NCBI GenBank assembly: GCA_024687305.1
Contig: JAILEQ010000118.1
Span: 2,759 to 66,758, forward strand
Origin: Lachnospiraceae bacterium
GTDB lineage: Bacteria; Bacillota; Clostridia; Lachnospirales; Lachnospiraceae
Direction of reading: 5' to 3'
Length of the DNA stretch: 64,000 nucleotides
This document shows positions 21,720 through 32,413 of this stretch, piece after piece; positions within the stretch are counted from its first letter, which is position 1, and the number at the start of each line of letters is the position of its first letter. The notes below the pieces were generated by a model. It worked only from the letters and a program-made list of their open reading frames with translations, did no database searches and was not told the origin of the DNA. Position numbers and translations under genes: made by a program.

Positions 21720-22246
21720 TTGACTACACCAAAATCTTTCAAAGGATAGATACGAATCCAGACTTTTCCGATGATCTCACTTCTGTGAACGGGACCAACC
21801 GAAAATCTGCTGTCTTCGGAATCGTTTCTGTTGTCACCCATAACAAAATATTCATCATCCGCCAAAGTCATCGGCTCAAGAAGGGAGCCGAATTTCTTAA
21901 TGACTTCGCGTCCGTAGTTTTCTTCGAGCACTTCACCGTCGATAAGTATATCGCCCGACTCGGTAAGCTGAATTGTTTCACCGGGCAGGCCGATAACTCT
22001 TTTAACGTAATTCTTGCCCGAACCGTCTCTAAAGGGAAAAACCACTATATCAAATCTTTCGGGCTCATGGAATCTGTAAGATATCTTATTGAGGATCAGA
22101 TGATTTCCGTCAAAAAGTGTATTGTTCATCGAATCGCCGTACACTACCGTCTTCTGACCAACAAATTTTATGACAAGAAGCGTTACCACGATAACAACCA
22201 GGAAATAAATACTTGTACCGAGTGCTTCTCTTAACTTATCGCTCAT
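21716..22246 (-). CDS. lepB: Signal peptidase I
   Basis: GDSM (catalytic Ser); VKRVIGLPG (catalytic Lys); GDNRNDSEDSR. Confidence 0.95.
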   Translation of the reverse strand: MSDKLREALGTSIYFLVVIVVTLLVIKFVGQKTVVYGDSMNNTLFDGNHLILNKISYRFHEPERFDIVVFPFRDGSGKNYVKRVIGLPGETIQLTESGDILIDGEVLEENYGREVIKKFGSLLEPMTLADDEYFVMGDNRNDSEDSRFSVGPVHRSEIIGKVWIRIYPLKDFGVVK

Positions 22247-22267
22247 AATATGCTTTTTTAACTCCTT

Positions 22268-23152
22268 TTATGGTCTTTCGAGTGTTATTCTGCCAAGCTT
22301 TCCGCCTCTGAAATCGTCAAGCAGTCTGACAGATGCTCTTACTATATCGTAAGAGCCGCCTTTTTTGAGGCAATTGTAATATTCTGCGACTTTATCGAGC
22401 ATCAATGACTCGTAAGTCACAAACTGCATTTCGGATATGTCCGTTTCAAACAGTTCGTCTTCGATTGAGAATTTCTTTAAAATGTCCGGGTATTCTTTCT
22501 TAAAGTAGTTAAGAAGTGAGCCCGCGAGTTCTTCGGGAATAAGGATGTTATCGTTTATCGATCCTATGAGGGCAAGTCTTAAACCGACATTTGCATCTTC
22601 AAACTTTGGCCAAAGTATCCCGGGTGTATCCAAAAGTTCAAGGTCGGAATTGACCTTTATCCATTGTTTACCCTTTGTGACTCCGGGTTTATCTCCGGTC
22701 TTTGCAATGTTTCTACCGCAAAACGCATTGATAAAAGTCGATTTTCCGACATTCGGAATACCGACGACCATGGCTCTTATGGGCTGATTCTTTATGCCTC
22801 TTTTAAGGTTTCTTTCTATCTTGTCGGCACAAAGTTCTTTAACCTTCGGAAGTACGTTTCGAAGTCCTTCCTTATTCTTGCTGTTAAGAAAAAGAACGGA
22901 AATACCTTTATCTTCAAAATATTTTTTCCATTCGTTTCCAATATTTTTATCGGCAAGATCGGCCTTGTTTAAAAGGACCATTCTGTATTTATTTTTACAC
23001 ATTCTGTCGATATCCGGATTTCTTGAAGAAAGAGGACATCTTGCATCCACTATCTCAATGATGAGTTCAACAAGATTAAGATCCGCAAGCATCTGCTTCT
23101 TAGCCTTGTTCATATGTCCCGGATACCAGTTTATGTTTCTGATATCACTCAT
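22268..23152 (-). CDS. rbgA: Ribosome biogenesis GTPase RbgA/YlqF
   Basis: WYPGHM; NKAD; GIPNVGKS; DTPG. Confidence 0.96.
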   Translation of the reverse strand: MSDIRNINWYPGHMNKAKKQMLADLNLVELIIEIVDARCPLSSRNPDIDRMCKNKYRMVLLNKADLADKNIGNEWKKYFEDKGISVLFLNSKNKEGLRNVLPKVKELCADKIERNLKRGIKNQPIRAMVVGIPNVGKSTFINAFCGRNIAKTGDKPGVTKGKQWIKVNSDLELLDTPGILWPKFEDANVGLRLALIGSINDNILIPEELAGSLLNYFKKEYPDILKKFSIEDELFETDISEMQFVTYESLMLDKVAEYYNCLKKGGSYDIVRASVRLLDDFRGGKLGRITLERP

Positions 23153-23155
23153 AGA

Positions 23156-23746
23156 TCACCTTACTATACCAAGCTGTTCGAGGTTGCCTGACAGTTTGAA
23201 CCAAACACGGCCTACCATATAGCTGCTTTCGATCACACCGATATTACCCGAACGGGAATCCTCGGAAAAGTTTCTGTTGTCACCGAGCACTATGAACTGG
23301 TCTTCCTCAAGTTCGATCTCCTGCTCCAGAATTCCCGGATCGGCTATTTTATCGTATGCTCCGGCTTCATCCAAAAGAACGCCGTCTATATAAACATATC
23401 CGTCCTTTATCATAACCTTTTCACCGGGAAGTCCGATTATCCGTTTTACGGAAATATGTGTATCTTCGTTACCGTTGGGCACAAAAGCAACAACGTCTCC
23501 GCGCTTTGGCATTGAAACGTTGTAAGTAAGTCTGTCGATAAGGATCTGCTGTCCGGAATAAAGGTCCGGTTCCATGGAATTACCGATGACATTTGTTCTG
23601 AAACCGTATACATACATTATCACAAATGCTATGACGGCCGAGATAACTATCCAAAACAGCCAGCTTATCAGTTCACGTATATGCTCACCGCTTATCTTTG
23701 TCTGCGGTTTTCTGTTAAAATCAAGTCCGTTGTATCTTCTGCTCAT
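23156..23746 (-). CDS. lepB: Signal peptidase I (second copy)
   Basis: GNSMEP; VKRIIGLPGE; GDNRNFSEDSR. Confidence 0.95.
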   Translation of the reverse strand: MSRRYNGLDFNRKPQTKISGEHIRELISWLFWIVISAVIAFVIMYVYGFRTNVIGNSMEPDLYSGQQILIDRLTYNVSMPKRGDVVAFVPNGNEDTHISVKRIIGLPGEKVMIKDGYVYIDGVLLDEAGAYDKIADPGILEQEIELEEDQFIVLGDNRNFSEDSRSGNIGVIESSYMVGRVWFKLSGNLEQLGIVR

Positions 23747-23788
23747 TTATATATAATTATATCATAATATAAAACGAAAAAAAGGTAC

Positions 23789-23817
23789 AAAAAAAAGGAG
23801 CAGCAAGCTGCTCCTTT
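23789..23817 (-). terminator. Terminator after rplS
   Basis: AAAGGAGCAGC/GCTGCTCCTTT stem with a U-tract on the minus strand. Confidence 0.85.
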
Positions 23818-23825
23818 CCTTAATA

Positions 23826-24173
23826 CTATCTAACCAATTCTTTAACCTTAGCTGCTTTACCAACACGGTCTCTTAAGTAGAAAAGTTTAGCTCTGCGAAC
23901 TTTACCCTTGCGGACGATCTCGATCTTGTCAACATTGGGTGAGTGAAGGGGCCATGTCTTTTCAACGCCTACACCGTTTGAGCTCTTTCTTACTGTAAAG
24001 GTCTCTCTTGAGCTTCCGCCCTGTCTCTTAATGACGGTTCCTTCGAAAACCTGGATTCTTTCCTTTTCACCTTCTTTGATCTTGGCATAAACCTTAACGG
24101 TATCGCCTACGTTAAAATCGGTTACTTTGTCTTTAAGCTGAGCTTCTTCGATTGATTTGATAATGTCGTTCAT
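23826..24173 (-). CDS. rplS: 50S ribosomal protein L19
   Basis: ERIQVFEG; GVGVEKTWP; [12 protein letters not shown]. Confidence 0.98.
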   Translation of the reverse strand: MNDIIKSIEEAQLKDKVTDFNVGDTVKVYAKIKEGEKERIQVFEGTVIKRQGGSSRETFTVRKSSNGVGVEKTWPLHSPNVDKIEIVRKGKVRRAKLFYLRDRVGKAAKVKELVR

Positions 24174-24191
24174 GTGTTCCTCCTTAAATCG

Positions 24192-24231
24192 TCAGATGTT
24201 CGTAATGTAATAACAACAGAGGACCATCCCA
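24192..24231 (-). ncRNA. L19 leader (putative autoregulatory RNA)
   Basis: GATGGTCCTCTG...GAACATC hairpin in the rplS 5' UTR, resembling the Firmicute L19 leader. Lies downstream of a TTGCAA-17-TAAAAT promoter at 24248-24276. Confidence 0.7.
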
Positions 24232-24253
24232 TTAATGCAACGTTAGCATTTTA

Positions 24254-24973
24254 TCACAGCTTTTTACTGTTTGCAACATATTTTTCATATAAATCGGGCC
24301 TGTGTTTCTTTGTCTCTTCAAGCGATCTTTCAAGGCGCCACTTTTCTATGTTCTTATGATGCCCCGAAAGCAACACTTCGGGCACTGCTTTATCGTGCCA
24401 GATTTCAGGCCTTGAGTACTGCGGATACTCCAATAGTCCGTCCGAAAACGACTCGGTTTCGGCAGAATCCGCATTGTTTAAAACGCCGGGTACGAGTCTT
24501 GCTATGCAATCGGTCAAAACCATTGCCGGAAGTTCACCGCCCGTCAGAACATAATCGCCGATGGATATAAGATCGGTCACGGATTCTTCCAGTACTCTTT
24601 CGTCTATTCCCTCATAATGTCCGCAAAGAATTATGATATCTTCCTCAACGGAATATTCCTTTGCGATGCTTTGGTCAAAAACTCTGCCACGCGGTGTAAC
24701 ATAGATAACTTTGGCACGTTTTCTTCCGGCAGATGTTATCTTATCTTCAACCGCTTCTATGCAATCATATACGGGCTGAGCCTGCATGAGCATGCCGGCA
24801 CCGCCTCCGTAAGTGTAATCGTCAACTTTATTATGTTTATTTTCGGTGTAATCCCTTATGTTCACACATTCGATCTCAATGAGATCGGCATTGATGGCGC
24901 GCTTTAAAATGCTCTCGTTAAGTCCTGAGTAAACCATATCGGGAAACAGCGTAAGTATATGAAAACGGATCAT
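24254..24973 (-). CDS. trmD: tRNA (guanine-N1)-methyltransferase
   Basis: VDDYTYGGGAGM; CGHYEGIDER; GDYVLTGGE. Confidence 0.98.
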   Translation of the reverse strand: MIRFHILTLFPDMVYSGLNESILKRAINADLIEIECVNIRDYTENKHNKVDDYTYGGGAGMLMQAQPVYDCIEAVEDKITSAGRKRAKVIYVTPRGRVFDQSIAKEYSVEEDIIILCGHYEGIDERVLEESVTDLISIGDYVLTGGELPAMVLTDCIARLVPGVLNNADSAETESFSDGLLEYPQYSRPEIWHDKAVPEVLLSGHHKNIEKWRLERSLEETKKHRPDLYEKYVANSKKL

Positions 24974-24978
24974 ATATT

Positions 24979-25482
24979 TTAAAGCCCCTCAAGCAGTTTT
25001 ACTTTAACAAATCCTTCTTTAATGTTTACTTCAAGGATACATTCTTTTATGGCAGGTATCAAAAGATCCGTGCCGTCTTCCCGTTCTACCTCGTAAACAT
25101 CGTTTGCTCCCGTAGGAAGCACCTCTTTTAAAACACCGATCTTTCGGCCGTCGTCGCAAAGAACCTCAAGCCCTATAAGATCTGCGATAAAATATTCGTC
25201 TTTTTCGCATTTTACGGCGTCTTTTCTTGAAACCAGAAGATCAGCGTTCCTGTAAAGCATGGCCGTATCCATGTCGTTTATGCCTTCAAACTTTAATATG
25301 ACAAACTGCTTAAAGAACTTAACGCTTTCGACTTTAAGTTCTTTGATGGCATCTTTATGACTTAAATACAGGGATTTAAGTTTTTTATATCTCTTAACGT
25401 CATCGGTCGTGGGAAAAACTTTGACTTCCCCTTTAACGCCGTGAGCGGTCGTGATGACGCCTATTCTTAAATAATCTTCCAT
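24979..25482 (-). CDS. rimM: Ribosome maturation factor RimM
   Basis: HGVKGEVKV; TGANDVY. Start set at ATG 25482. Confidence 0.95.
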   Translation of the reverse strand: MEDYLRIGVITTAHGVKGEVKVFPTTDDVKRYKKLKSLYLSHKDAIKELKVESVKFFKQFVILKFEGINDMDTAMLYRNADLLVSRKDAVKCEKDEYFIADLIGLEVLCDDGRKIGVLKEVLPTGANDVYEVEREDGTDLLIPAIKECILEVNIKEGFVKVKLLEGL

Positions 25483-25522
25483 ATTGAATAAACAAGGGAG
25501 GGACATAGCCCTCCCTGTATGA

Positions 25523-25750
25523 TCAGCTGATTCTAACGTCTACTCTTGTATTGTCTTTAGAAGAAGCCGCTTTAACTACCGCACGGATGGCCTTGGCAAT
25601 CCTTCCCTGCTTACCGATAACCTTTCCCATATCGGAAGGGTCAACATGTAATTCAAGAACGGTATCACGTCCTTCTTTCGTCTCAATAACCACAACTTCA
25701 TCAGGGTTATCAACAAGAGCCTTTGCTATTACTTCTACAAGTTCTTTCAT
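25523..25750 (-). CDS. khpA: KH-domain RNA-binding protein
   Basis: DMGKVIGKQGRIAKAIR. Confidence 0.95.
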   Translation of the reverse strand: MKELVEVIAKALVDNPDEVVVIETKEGRDTVLELHVDPSDMGKVIGKQGRIAKAIRAVVKAASSKDNTRVDVRIS

Positions 25751-25783
25751 AAGCTCTCCTATCCTAATAAAACAATGGTTAAA

Positions 25784-26029
25784 TTATTTCTCGATACCTG
25801 CGTTTTTAAAGAGTCTGCTAACAACCTCTGTGGGCTGTGCGCCGTTATCAAGCCACTTCTTTGCTGCATCTGCGTCGATCTTAACGTCAGCGGGCTCAAC
25901 ATTGGGATTGTAGGTTCCGATTTCCTCGATAAATCTTCCGTCACGGGGAGATCTTGAATCTGCAACGATAATTCTGTAGAAGGGTGCTTTCTTCTGACCC
26001 ATTCTTCTTAATCTGATCTTAACTGCCAT
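25784..26029 (-). CDS. rpsP: 30S ribosomal protein S16
   Basis: [11 protein letters not shown]...PRDGRFIE. Confidence 0.98.
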   Translation of the reverse strand: MAVKIRLRRMGQKKAPFYRIIVADSRSPRDGRFIEEIGTYNPNVEPADVKIDADAAKKWLDNGAQPTEVVSRLFKNAGIEK

Positions 26030-26134
26030 TTCTTTTTACCTCCAAAAAATAAGAAATATGTTTATTTATTTCAACAATACCGAAATGTATGGCGAAATAA
26101 TGTATTTTTGCCGGTTTCAGTTGTTAAAATCGAT

Positions 26135-27490
26135 TTAAAAAGGAAAACCGCCGAACTTGCCGAGTTTTCCGAGCTTACCCATCATTCCGGGAAGCTGTTT
26201 CATCATCTTCTGTGCTTGCTCAAACTGCTTTATAAAGCGGTTTACTTCGGCTATATCCACGCCTGCGCCGTTTGCGATCCTGAACTTGCGTCTGGGATTC
26301 ATCAGCTTGGGATTGGCCCTCTCTTCGGGCGTCATTGAAAAAATGATCGCTTCGGTCTGCTTGAGCTTCTTCTCACCTTCATCCGTATCGATATCTCCCG
26401 CCTTGACGCCCATTCCCGGAAGCATCGACATAAGTGAGCCGAGACCGCCCATTTTCTTCATGGCAGACATACTCTCAAGGTAATCGTTAAAATCGAACTT
26501 TCCCTTTTTAAGTCTTGAAGCCATCTGCTTGTCTTTTTCAATATCTCTGTCAAGATTGGCCTGCTCGGCTTTTTCGATAAGAGAAAGAACATCGCCCATG
26601 CCGAGTATTCTGTTAGCCATTCTGTCAGGATAAAAAGGTTCGATATTATCAAGCTTTTCACCGTTTGATACGTACAGTATGGGCTTTCCGGTAACCGCTT
26701 TGACGGAAAGTGCCGCACCGCCTCTTGTATCGCCGTCAGTCTTTGAAAGGATAACTCCGTCAATTCCGACACGCTCGTTAAACTCACCCGCAACATTAAC
26801 GGCGTCCTGACCGGTCATGGCATCGACAACAAGTATGGTCTCATGAACATCGACGCTTTCTTTGATCTCAACAAGCTCGTTCATCATATCTTCATCGATA
26901 TGAAGACGACCGGCCGTATCTATGATAAGTACGTTAAAACCGTTTTTGACCGCATAGTCATATGCGTTCTTTGCAATGACGGAAGGCTTGACGGAAGTAC
27001 CCATTTCAAAGACTTCAGTCTGAACTTTCTCGCCGTTTATCTTTAACTGCTCGATCGCAGCGGGACGATAAATATCGCAGGCTGCAAGGAGCGACTTTTT
27101 ACCTTTTTTCTTTAAAGCGTTTGCAAGTTTTGCGGTGGCAGTCGTCTTACCTGCACCCTGAAGACCGCACATCATGTATACGGTAACTTCTTTGCCGGGT
27201 CTGAAGGTAAGCTCGGTGATCTCGCTTCCCATAAGGGCGCACATTTCTTCGTTAACGATCTTGATCACCATCTGTCCGGGATTGATCCCTTCCATCACAT
27301 CCGTACCGACGGCACGCTCGCTTACACTGTTTATAAACTGTTTAACCACTTTAAAGTTGACGTCGGCCTCAAGAAGTGCCATTTTTACGTCTTTTAAAGC
27401 AGCCTTTACATCTTCCTCGGAAAGTCTTCCCTTTCCCCTCAGTGCCTTGAAAACGTTTTGAAGTTTTTCGGTTAAACTTTCAAATGCCAA
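26135..27490 (-). CDS. ffh: Signal recognition particle protein
   Basis: GLQGAGKT; DTAGR; Met-rich M domain. Confidence 0.98.
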   Translation of the reverse strand: MAFESLTEKLQNVFKALRGKGRLSEEDVKAALKDVKMALLEADVNFKVVKQFINSVSERAVGTDVMEGINPGQMVIKIVNEEMCALMGSEITELTFRPGKEVTVYMMCGLQGAGKTTATAKLANALKKKGKKSLLAACDIYRPAAIEQLKINGEKVQTEVFEMGTSVKPSVIAKNAYDYAVKNGFNVLIIDTAGRLHIDEDMMNELVEIKESVDVHETILVVDAMTGQDAVNVAGEFNERVGIDGVILSKTDGDTRGGAALSVKAVTGKPILYVSNGEKLDNIEPFYPDRMANRILGMGDVLSLIEKAEQANLDRDIEKDKQMASRLKKGKFDFNDYLESMSAMKKMGGLGSLMSMLPGMGVKAGDIDTDEGEKKLKQTEAIIFSMTPEERANPKLMNPRRKFRIANGAGVDIAEVNRFIKQFEQAQKMMKQLPGMMGKLGKLGKFGGFPF

Positions 27491-27508
27491 TATATTTCCT
27501 CATGAATC

Positions 27509-27850
27509 CTAAAGCTTATCGAGCACACCGGAAAGTATATCTTTTATGCTCTTTGCTTTATCGGCTTCCAAATTGTTGCAATCGTCGATAAGCTTTTCCA
27601 CTGAGAGGACATCTTTTTTGATGTCTTTAAACTTCTCAACGAGTTTTAATTTGTTTTCATAGCCTTCAAGCTGTCTGTCGACTCTTTTGATAAGGTCGTG
27701 AATGCCCTGTCTCGAGATGCCCTCCTCCTCGGAAAGTTCCGATAAAGACATATCGTTGAAGACTGCTTCGCTGTAGATCTTCTGCTGATGCTCGGTCAAA
27801 AGCTCACCGTAGAAATCAAACAAAAGTCCGCGCTCGTATAATTTGTCCAT
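27509..27850 (-). CDS. ylxM: YlxM family HTH protein
   Basis: LFDFYGELLT; ISRQGIHD. Upstream of ffh. Confidence 0.93.
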   Translation of the reverse strand: MDKLYERGLLFDFYGELLTEHQQKIYSEAVFNDMSLSELSEEEGISRQGIHDLIKRVDRQLEGYENKLKLVEKFKDIKKDVLSVEKLIDDCNNLEADKAKSIKDILSGVLDKL

Positions 27851-27913
27851 ATAGTATTACCGTAATGCGTTTTTTGCGCATAATATGACAACGCCGTATA
27901 AACACCGATACGT

Positions 27914-27942
27914 ATACTACAACATAGATTTAGCCCTGTCAA
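27914..27942 (-). promoter_or_regulatory. Sigma-A promoter of ylxM-ffh
   Basis: TTGACA-17 nt-TAGTAT. Confidence 0.7.
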
Positions 27943-27958
27943 GTGTTTTTACTTTACA

Positions 27959-30157
27959 TTATTTGATCCTCTTCTCAAATTCCGCGATCATTTCTTCATC
28001 CCGTACAGGATCAAACTCCGACAGACGATTCCTCGATGTTTCATACAGATCTTTGTCTTCAAGCTTTTCCACTCTGTCTAAAAGCACATCCATCTTTGAA
28101 TATGCATTTTTTACGGCGGCACTGTTTTTTCCGGTCCCCAGATTATCGACTGTAAGTCTTAAGCTTTCCGATACGGCGTCGGACAGCATTGACGAATAAA
28201 CATCATCCGGTTTATTCGGATCGGTCGTCAATCCTGCATAAAGAAGCGGCGTCACAAAGCCCAAACTTCCCGAAGTAAACGCACCTCCTTCAAAAAGACT
28301 TGTACTTCTTGTCTTGTTTACAAGGGGTGTGTTTATCTTATTTGTAAGATATACAACAACAAGATCGCATGAAGGATCGACATAAGTAAGCGTTCCGGTC
28401 CATCCCTGGTGACCGAAAACATCATTTGAAGTGCTTCCGAAATACCAGGGTCTTTTGTCGTCGCCGTTTCTCCACCAGCCTATCCCCCATTCGGAACTGC
28501 TCGGATTGCTCGGGGATGTAAAGCAGTCTATGACATCTTCAGAGAAGAACTTCTTATCTTCATATCCGCCCGAAAGCATTACATAAGCCAGCTTACAAAG
28601 ATCGGTCGCGTTCGAAAAAAGCCCTGCATGACCCGATATTCCGGCCATCGCATAATAAGCCATTTCATCGTGAACTTCGCCTTGCAATGTATATGTCCTT
28701 ATGCCGTCAAAGTTCACCATTCCTTCCCTTGTGTTTCCTTTAAGTTCGGTTGCGGCAATGTTATCCCCGGCAAATCCGTTGTCCAAAGGATTATATGTAA
28801 TATGGTACAAAGAAAGCGGATCGTAAAAGATCTCTTTCAAAAATTCATCAAGTCTTTTTCCCGTTTTTTCTTCCAATATGAAACATAAGAGCATGAAATC
28901 GACATCCGAATACAGTATCCTGGTTCGTGGTTCATACATAAGCGGAGTCTTGCATATGCTCTCAAGCGTTCTTTCGCGGGTTTCAAACGAGTTATCACAC
29001 CCGCTGTAGAGAGGGTTCACATACTCGGGGCCTATCCTGTTTACGGCAAAATCATAAGTATATATCTCATATTTCGGACTTGCGGGAAAACCGGCTTGGT
29101 GGCATAACAGGTCTTCGATCGTCAGGTTTTTCTTGTATTCTTTGATAAGTTCAAGATCGAGCGGTTTCGATCCGTTATAGGTCACATTTACAGTATCTTC
29201 GTAAAAACGATCGCCTATGTAGTCGCATACTTTGTCGGTAAGGCTCATTTCATTGTTGCTCACAAGATATTGAACGGCATAGTTTACGCTGAACATTTTT
29301 GTATTTGAGGCAAGATCGTATAAAGTGTCCGTATCAGCTTTATTTGAATCGGTAACCTTATTTAAAGTCTCGTCAAAAGTTTTTACCGATCCCCAGGCGT
29401 TCTCATATATGAGTTTTCCGTCTTTAATAACGCTTAACTGTGCCGAAGAAAACCCGTATTCTATGTCCTTTTTGACAATTGCATCTATAATCTCGAAAGC
29501 CTCAGGATCGATGACTGATTCATCTTTACCGTCAAGCAAAGTAGGATAAAGGATATTTATAACAACGGCACAATCAAGATCCGCAGGTGTGATATCCGAT
29601 ATCTGAACGGTATTTTCCCCGTTAACGGTATATTCTTTAATATCTACGAGATAAGTATTACCTGCGATCATCCCTTCGACATCGACGGGAATGTTATTGA
29701 TAAACATTGAAAAGCTCTGAAGCTCGGAATTGAGAGTGATGTACATTGCTCCCTGATCTTTGTAGCATTTAAATCCGCAAATACTGTTAACAAATAAAGC
29801 ATTATTGTGAAATCCAAGCCTGTCGGGGAATACAAGTGTCTTCTGAAAATCACCCTCGGGTTCTACTCTTCCCAAAGCGTTAAGATAGTCAGTAAAATCG
29901 GTATACTCAACTTTGGGTTCAAATATGACGGGATCGGTATTCAAAGCATCCGATGAAATTTCCGTTCCGTGGGGACCGGCTTCGATATCGTCATCAAAAG
30001 CCGGAACCGGCGGTATCGTATCATCTGTCTCAACATCGATTTTATCTCTATCGTAAATAGGCCTTTGGGAAACATCCGGCGTATTTCTGCCATTACAGGC
30101 AGTCAAAACAAATAATGATATTATCAAAACAGGCAATAAAAATCTTTTCATTTTCAA
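27959..30157 (-). CDS. Lipoprotein serine hydrolase, beta-lactamase/PBP4b-AmiE-like
   Basis: Lipobox LTAC; SxxK (ASNTK); YSD; GEVHDE; GHAGLFS; GHQGWTG. Confidence 0.85.
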   Translation of the reverse strand: MKMKRFLLPVLIISLFVLTACNGRNTPDVSQRPIYDRDKIDVETDDTIPPVPAFDDDIEAGPHGTEISSDALNTDPVIFEPKVEYTDFTDYLNALGRVEPEGDFQKTLVFPDRLGFHNNALFVNSICGFKCYKDQGAMYITLNSELQSFSMFINNIPVDVEGMIAGNTYLVDIKEYTVNGENTVQISDITPADLDCAVVINILYPTLLDGKDESVIDPEAFEIIDAIVKKDIEYGFSSAQLSVIKDGKLIYENAWGSVKTFDETLNKVTDSNKADTDTLYDLASNTKMFSVNYAVQYLVSNNEMSLTDKVCDYIGDRFYEDTVNVTYNGSKPLDLELIKEYKKNLTIEDLLCHQAGFPASPKYEIYTYDFAVNRIGPEYVNPLYSGCDNSFETRERTLESICKTPLMYEPRTRILYSDVDFMLLCFILEEKTGKRLDEFLKEIFYDPLSLYHITYNPLDNGFAGDNIAATELKGNTREGMVNFDGIRTYTLQGEVHDEMAYYAMAGISGHAGLFSNATDLCKLAYVMLSGGYEDKKFFSEDVIDCFTSPSNPSSSEWGIGWWRNGDDKRPWYFGSTSNDVFGHQGWTGTLTYVDPSCDLVVVYLTNKINTPLVNKTRSTSLFEGGAFTSGSLGFVTPLLYAGLTTDPNKPDDVYSSMLSDAVSESLRLTVDNLGTGKNSAAVKNAYSKMDVLLDRVEKLEDKDLYETSRNRLSEFDPVRDEEMIAEFEKRIK

Positions 30158-30335
30158 TCCTTTAGCGCGGGTTTATCTGCCACATCTTGTATGCGACATT
30201 TTTGTCTTCCACAACATTCTATAATAACATATGTTGTTTGTATGTTATGCAGTATGTGTGCATATTTATACATTTGTTTGTTTTTATACACTAATCCAAA
30301 AACGGCGTATTCTAAACGTCTTTATTTCATGCCTC

Positions 30336-31166
30336 TTATTCTTCAAAGGAGCGAACGGTATTTTTATAATTTTTCTTCGCTCTTAAATAAGTTGCGTAAT
30401 CCGCAAAGCCCGCTTCAACGCATGCATCTTTTATCTTCATTTTTCTATCCGATAAGGTGCTTACCAGATTGAGTCTTTTTTCCGTTACATAACGATGGAT
30501 CGTATATCCGGTATATTCCTTGAAAACTTTCATGAGATGAAAACGTGAAAGTCCGGAGCATTCAGATAAAGCTTCGATCGAAAGATCATCTTTCAAATTA
30601 TTGTTGATATGATCGATGACTTTAAGTATTTTCTCGTTATAGACCGCTCTTCCGTCGTAAGTGATAACATTCTTAGCGCTGTATTCATTAAGACGCACCA
30701 GAAATTCAAGAACATTCAGTCGCATATATGCGTCAAAACCAAAAGAATCGGAATCTTTGTGGGTTTCCAAACGTTTAAGCGTATCAAACAATCTTGTTGA
30801 TTCCTTTTGCGAAAACCGCAAAACATTTACATGGTCTTTTGACGCCTTTTTAAAGCAGTCCGTAAGTTCAAAAGAATCGGATATTTTTTCGGACAAAAAA
30901 ATATCCGACAGATAGATGACTATTCTTTCATACGCTTTCTTGGCGCTCACAATGGGACAATGTATCTCGTTACGTCCCACGAGCACGATATCCATGGGTT
31001 TAAGCTCATAGCTTTTACCCTCGACGTTATAAGTGACATCACCGCTTATAAAGAAAATAACTTTATAAAAATCGTGATAATGAAACTCATAAGTTCGATC
31101 TGAGATATCGTTAATATGAAAGTATTTGTAATCTTCTGTCAGATATCCGGTTTTTTCGTAAAACAT
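30336..31166 (-). CDS. AraC-family transcriptional regulator
   Basis: N-terminal cupin (HYHDFY) and C-terminal double HTH ending GFADY. Confidence 0.9.
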   Translation of the reverse strand: MFYEKTGYLTEDYKYFHINDISDRTYEFHYHDFYKVIFFISGDVTYNVEGKSYELKPMDIVLVGRNEIHCPIVSAKKAYERIVIYLSDIFLSEKISDSFELTDCFKKASKDHVNVLRFSQKESTRLFDTLKRLETHKDSDSFGFDAYMRLNVLEFLVRLNEYSAKNVITYDGRAVYNEKILKVIDHINNNLKDDLSIEALSECSGLSRFHLMKVFKEYTGYTIHRYVTEKRLNLVSTLSDRKMKIKDACVEAGFADYATYLRAKKNYKNTVRSFEE

Positions 31167-31171
31167 GTCCT

Positions 31172-32413
31172 TTAGATGTTTGTGCGAACCACTTTCGGCT
31201 TATAGCCGTTCTTCTCAAGCTTGTCTATTATCTGTTTCTTATGTTCGGTTCCGAATGCTTCAAGAGTGATACGAAGTTCCACTGCAGCATTTCTGTTGAT
31301 GGAAACGAACTGGTTATGCTCAAGTTTGATTACGTTACCGCTTTCTTTTGCGATGATATCGGCAACCTTGGAAAGTTCGCCGGGCTTATCGGGCAAAAGA
31401 ACGGAAACGGTAAATATTCTGTCTCTGAAGATAAGTCCCTGGGAAACAACACTGGACATCGTTATCACGTCCATGTTACCGCCGGAAAGAATAGATACTA
31501 TCTTCTTGTTCTTAACCTTTAACTGTCTTAAAGCCGCAACGGAAAGAAGTCCCGAATTTTCAACAACCATCTTGTGGTTTTCTACCATATCAAGGAAGGC
31601 AACGACAAGATCTTCATCGGGAACTCTTATGATTCCGTCAAGATTCTTTTGAAGATAAGGGAACAGTATGTCACCGGGTGTCTTAACGGCAGTACCGTCG
31701 GCTATAGTCGAAACATTGTCCAGGGTGACAACCTTTCCCGCCTTTAAGGATTCATCAAGACATGCTGCATTTTCGGGTTCAACACCATATACTTTGATCT
31801 TCGGATTTAAAAGTTTTGCAAGTGTCGAAACACCCGTGGCAAGTCCGCCGCCGCCTACGGGAACAAGAATGATATCGACAAGCGGAAGTTCCTTAATGAT
31901 CTCCATTGCGATGGTACCCTGTCCGGTCGCAACTCCGAGATCGTTGAAAGGATGAATGAAAGTATATCCGTTCTCTTTAGCAAGTTCATAAGCTTTCTTG
32001 CAGGCTTCATCGTATACGTCTCCGTAAAGAACGACTTCCGCACCGTATGATTTTGTTCTGTTGACTTTGATAAGAGGAGTTGTCGTAGGCATTACGATAG
32101 TTGCCTTAACGCCGTAGCATTTTGCGGCATAAGCAACGCCCTGAGCATGGTTTCCTGCCGAAGCGGTTATGATCCCTTTCTTGCGCTCATCCTCGGAAAG
32201 AGTAGACATCTTATAATATGCGCCTCTTACCTTGTAGGCCCCGGTGAACTGCATGTTCTCGGGCTTTAAATAAACCTTGTTTCCCGTCTGTTCGCTTAAA
32301 TAATCGCTGAAAACAAGTTTCGTGTCCAGAGTGACTTCCTTTACTTTTTCGGAAGCCGCTTCAAAACTCTCCAAAGTTAAATCTTCCATTTCCGCTGTGC
32401 CTTTCTTCATCAT
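31172..32413 (-). CDS. ilvA: Threonine ammonia-lyase with C-terminal ACT domain
   Basis: TGAYKVRG (PLP lysine); SAGNHAQG; VPVGGGGL. True start may be 32389. Confidence 0.93.
   Translation of the reverse strand: MMKKGTAEMEDLTLESFEAASEKVKEVTLDTKLVFSDYLSEQTGNKVYLKPENMQFTGAYKVRGAYYKMSTLSEDERKKGIITASAGNHAQGVAYAAKCYGVKATIVMPTTTPLIKVNRTKSYGAEVVLYGDVYDEACKKAYELAKENGYTFIHPFNDLGVATGQGTIAMEIIKELPLVDIILVPVGGGGLATGVSTLAKLLNPKIKVYGVEPENAACLDESLKAGKVVTLDNVSTIADGTAVKTPGDILFPYLQKNLDGIIRVPDEDLVVAFLDMVENHKMVVENSGLLSVAALRQLKVKNKKIVSILSGGNMDVITMSSVVSQGLIFRDRIFTVSVLLPDKPGELSKVADIIAKESGNVIKLEHNQFVSINRNAAVELRITLEAFGTEHKKQIIDKLEKNGYKPKVVRTNI

Noticed and set aside
21716-23746. Two signal peptidase I genes flanking rbgA
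   Set aside because: Both are intact, and multiple lepB paralogues near rplS are common in Clostridia.
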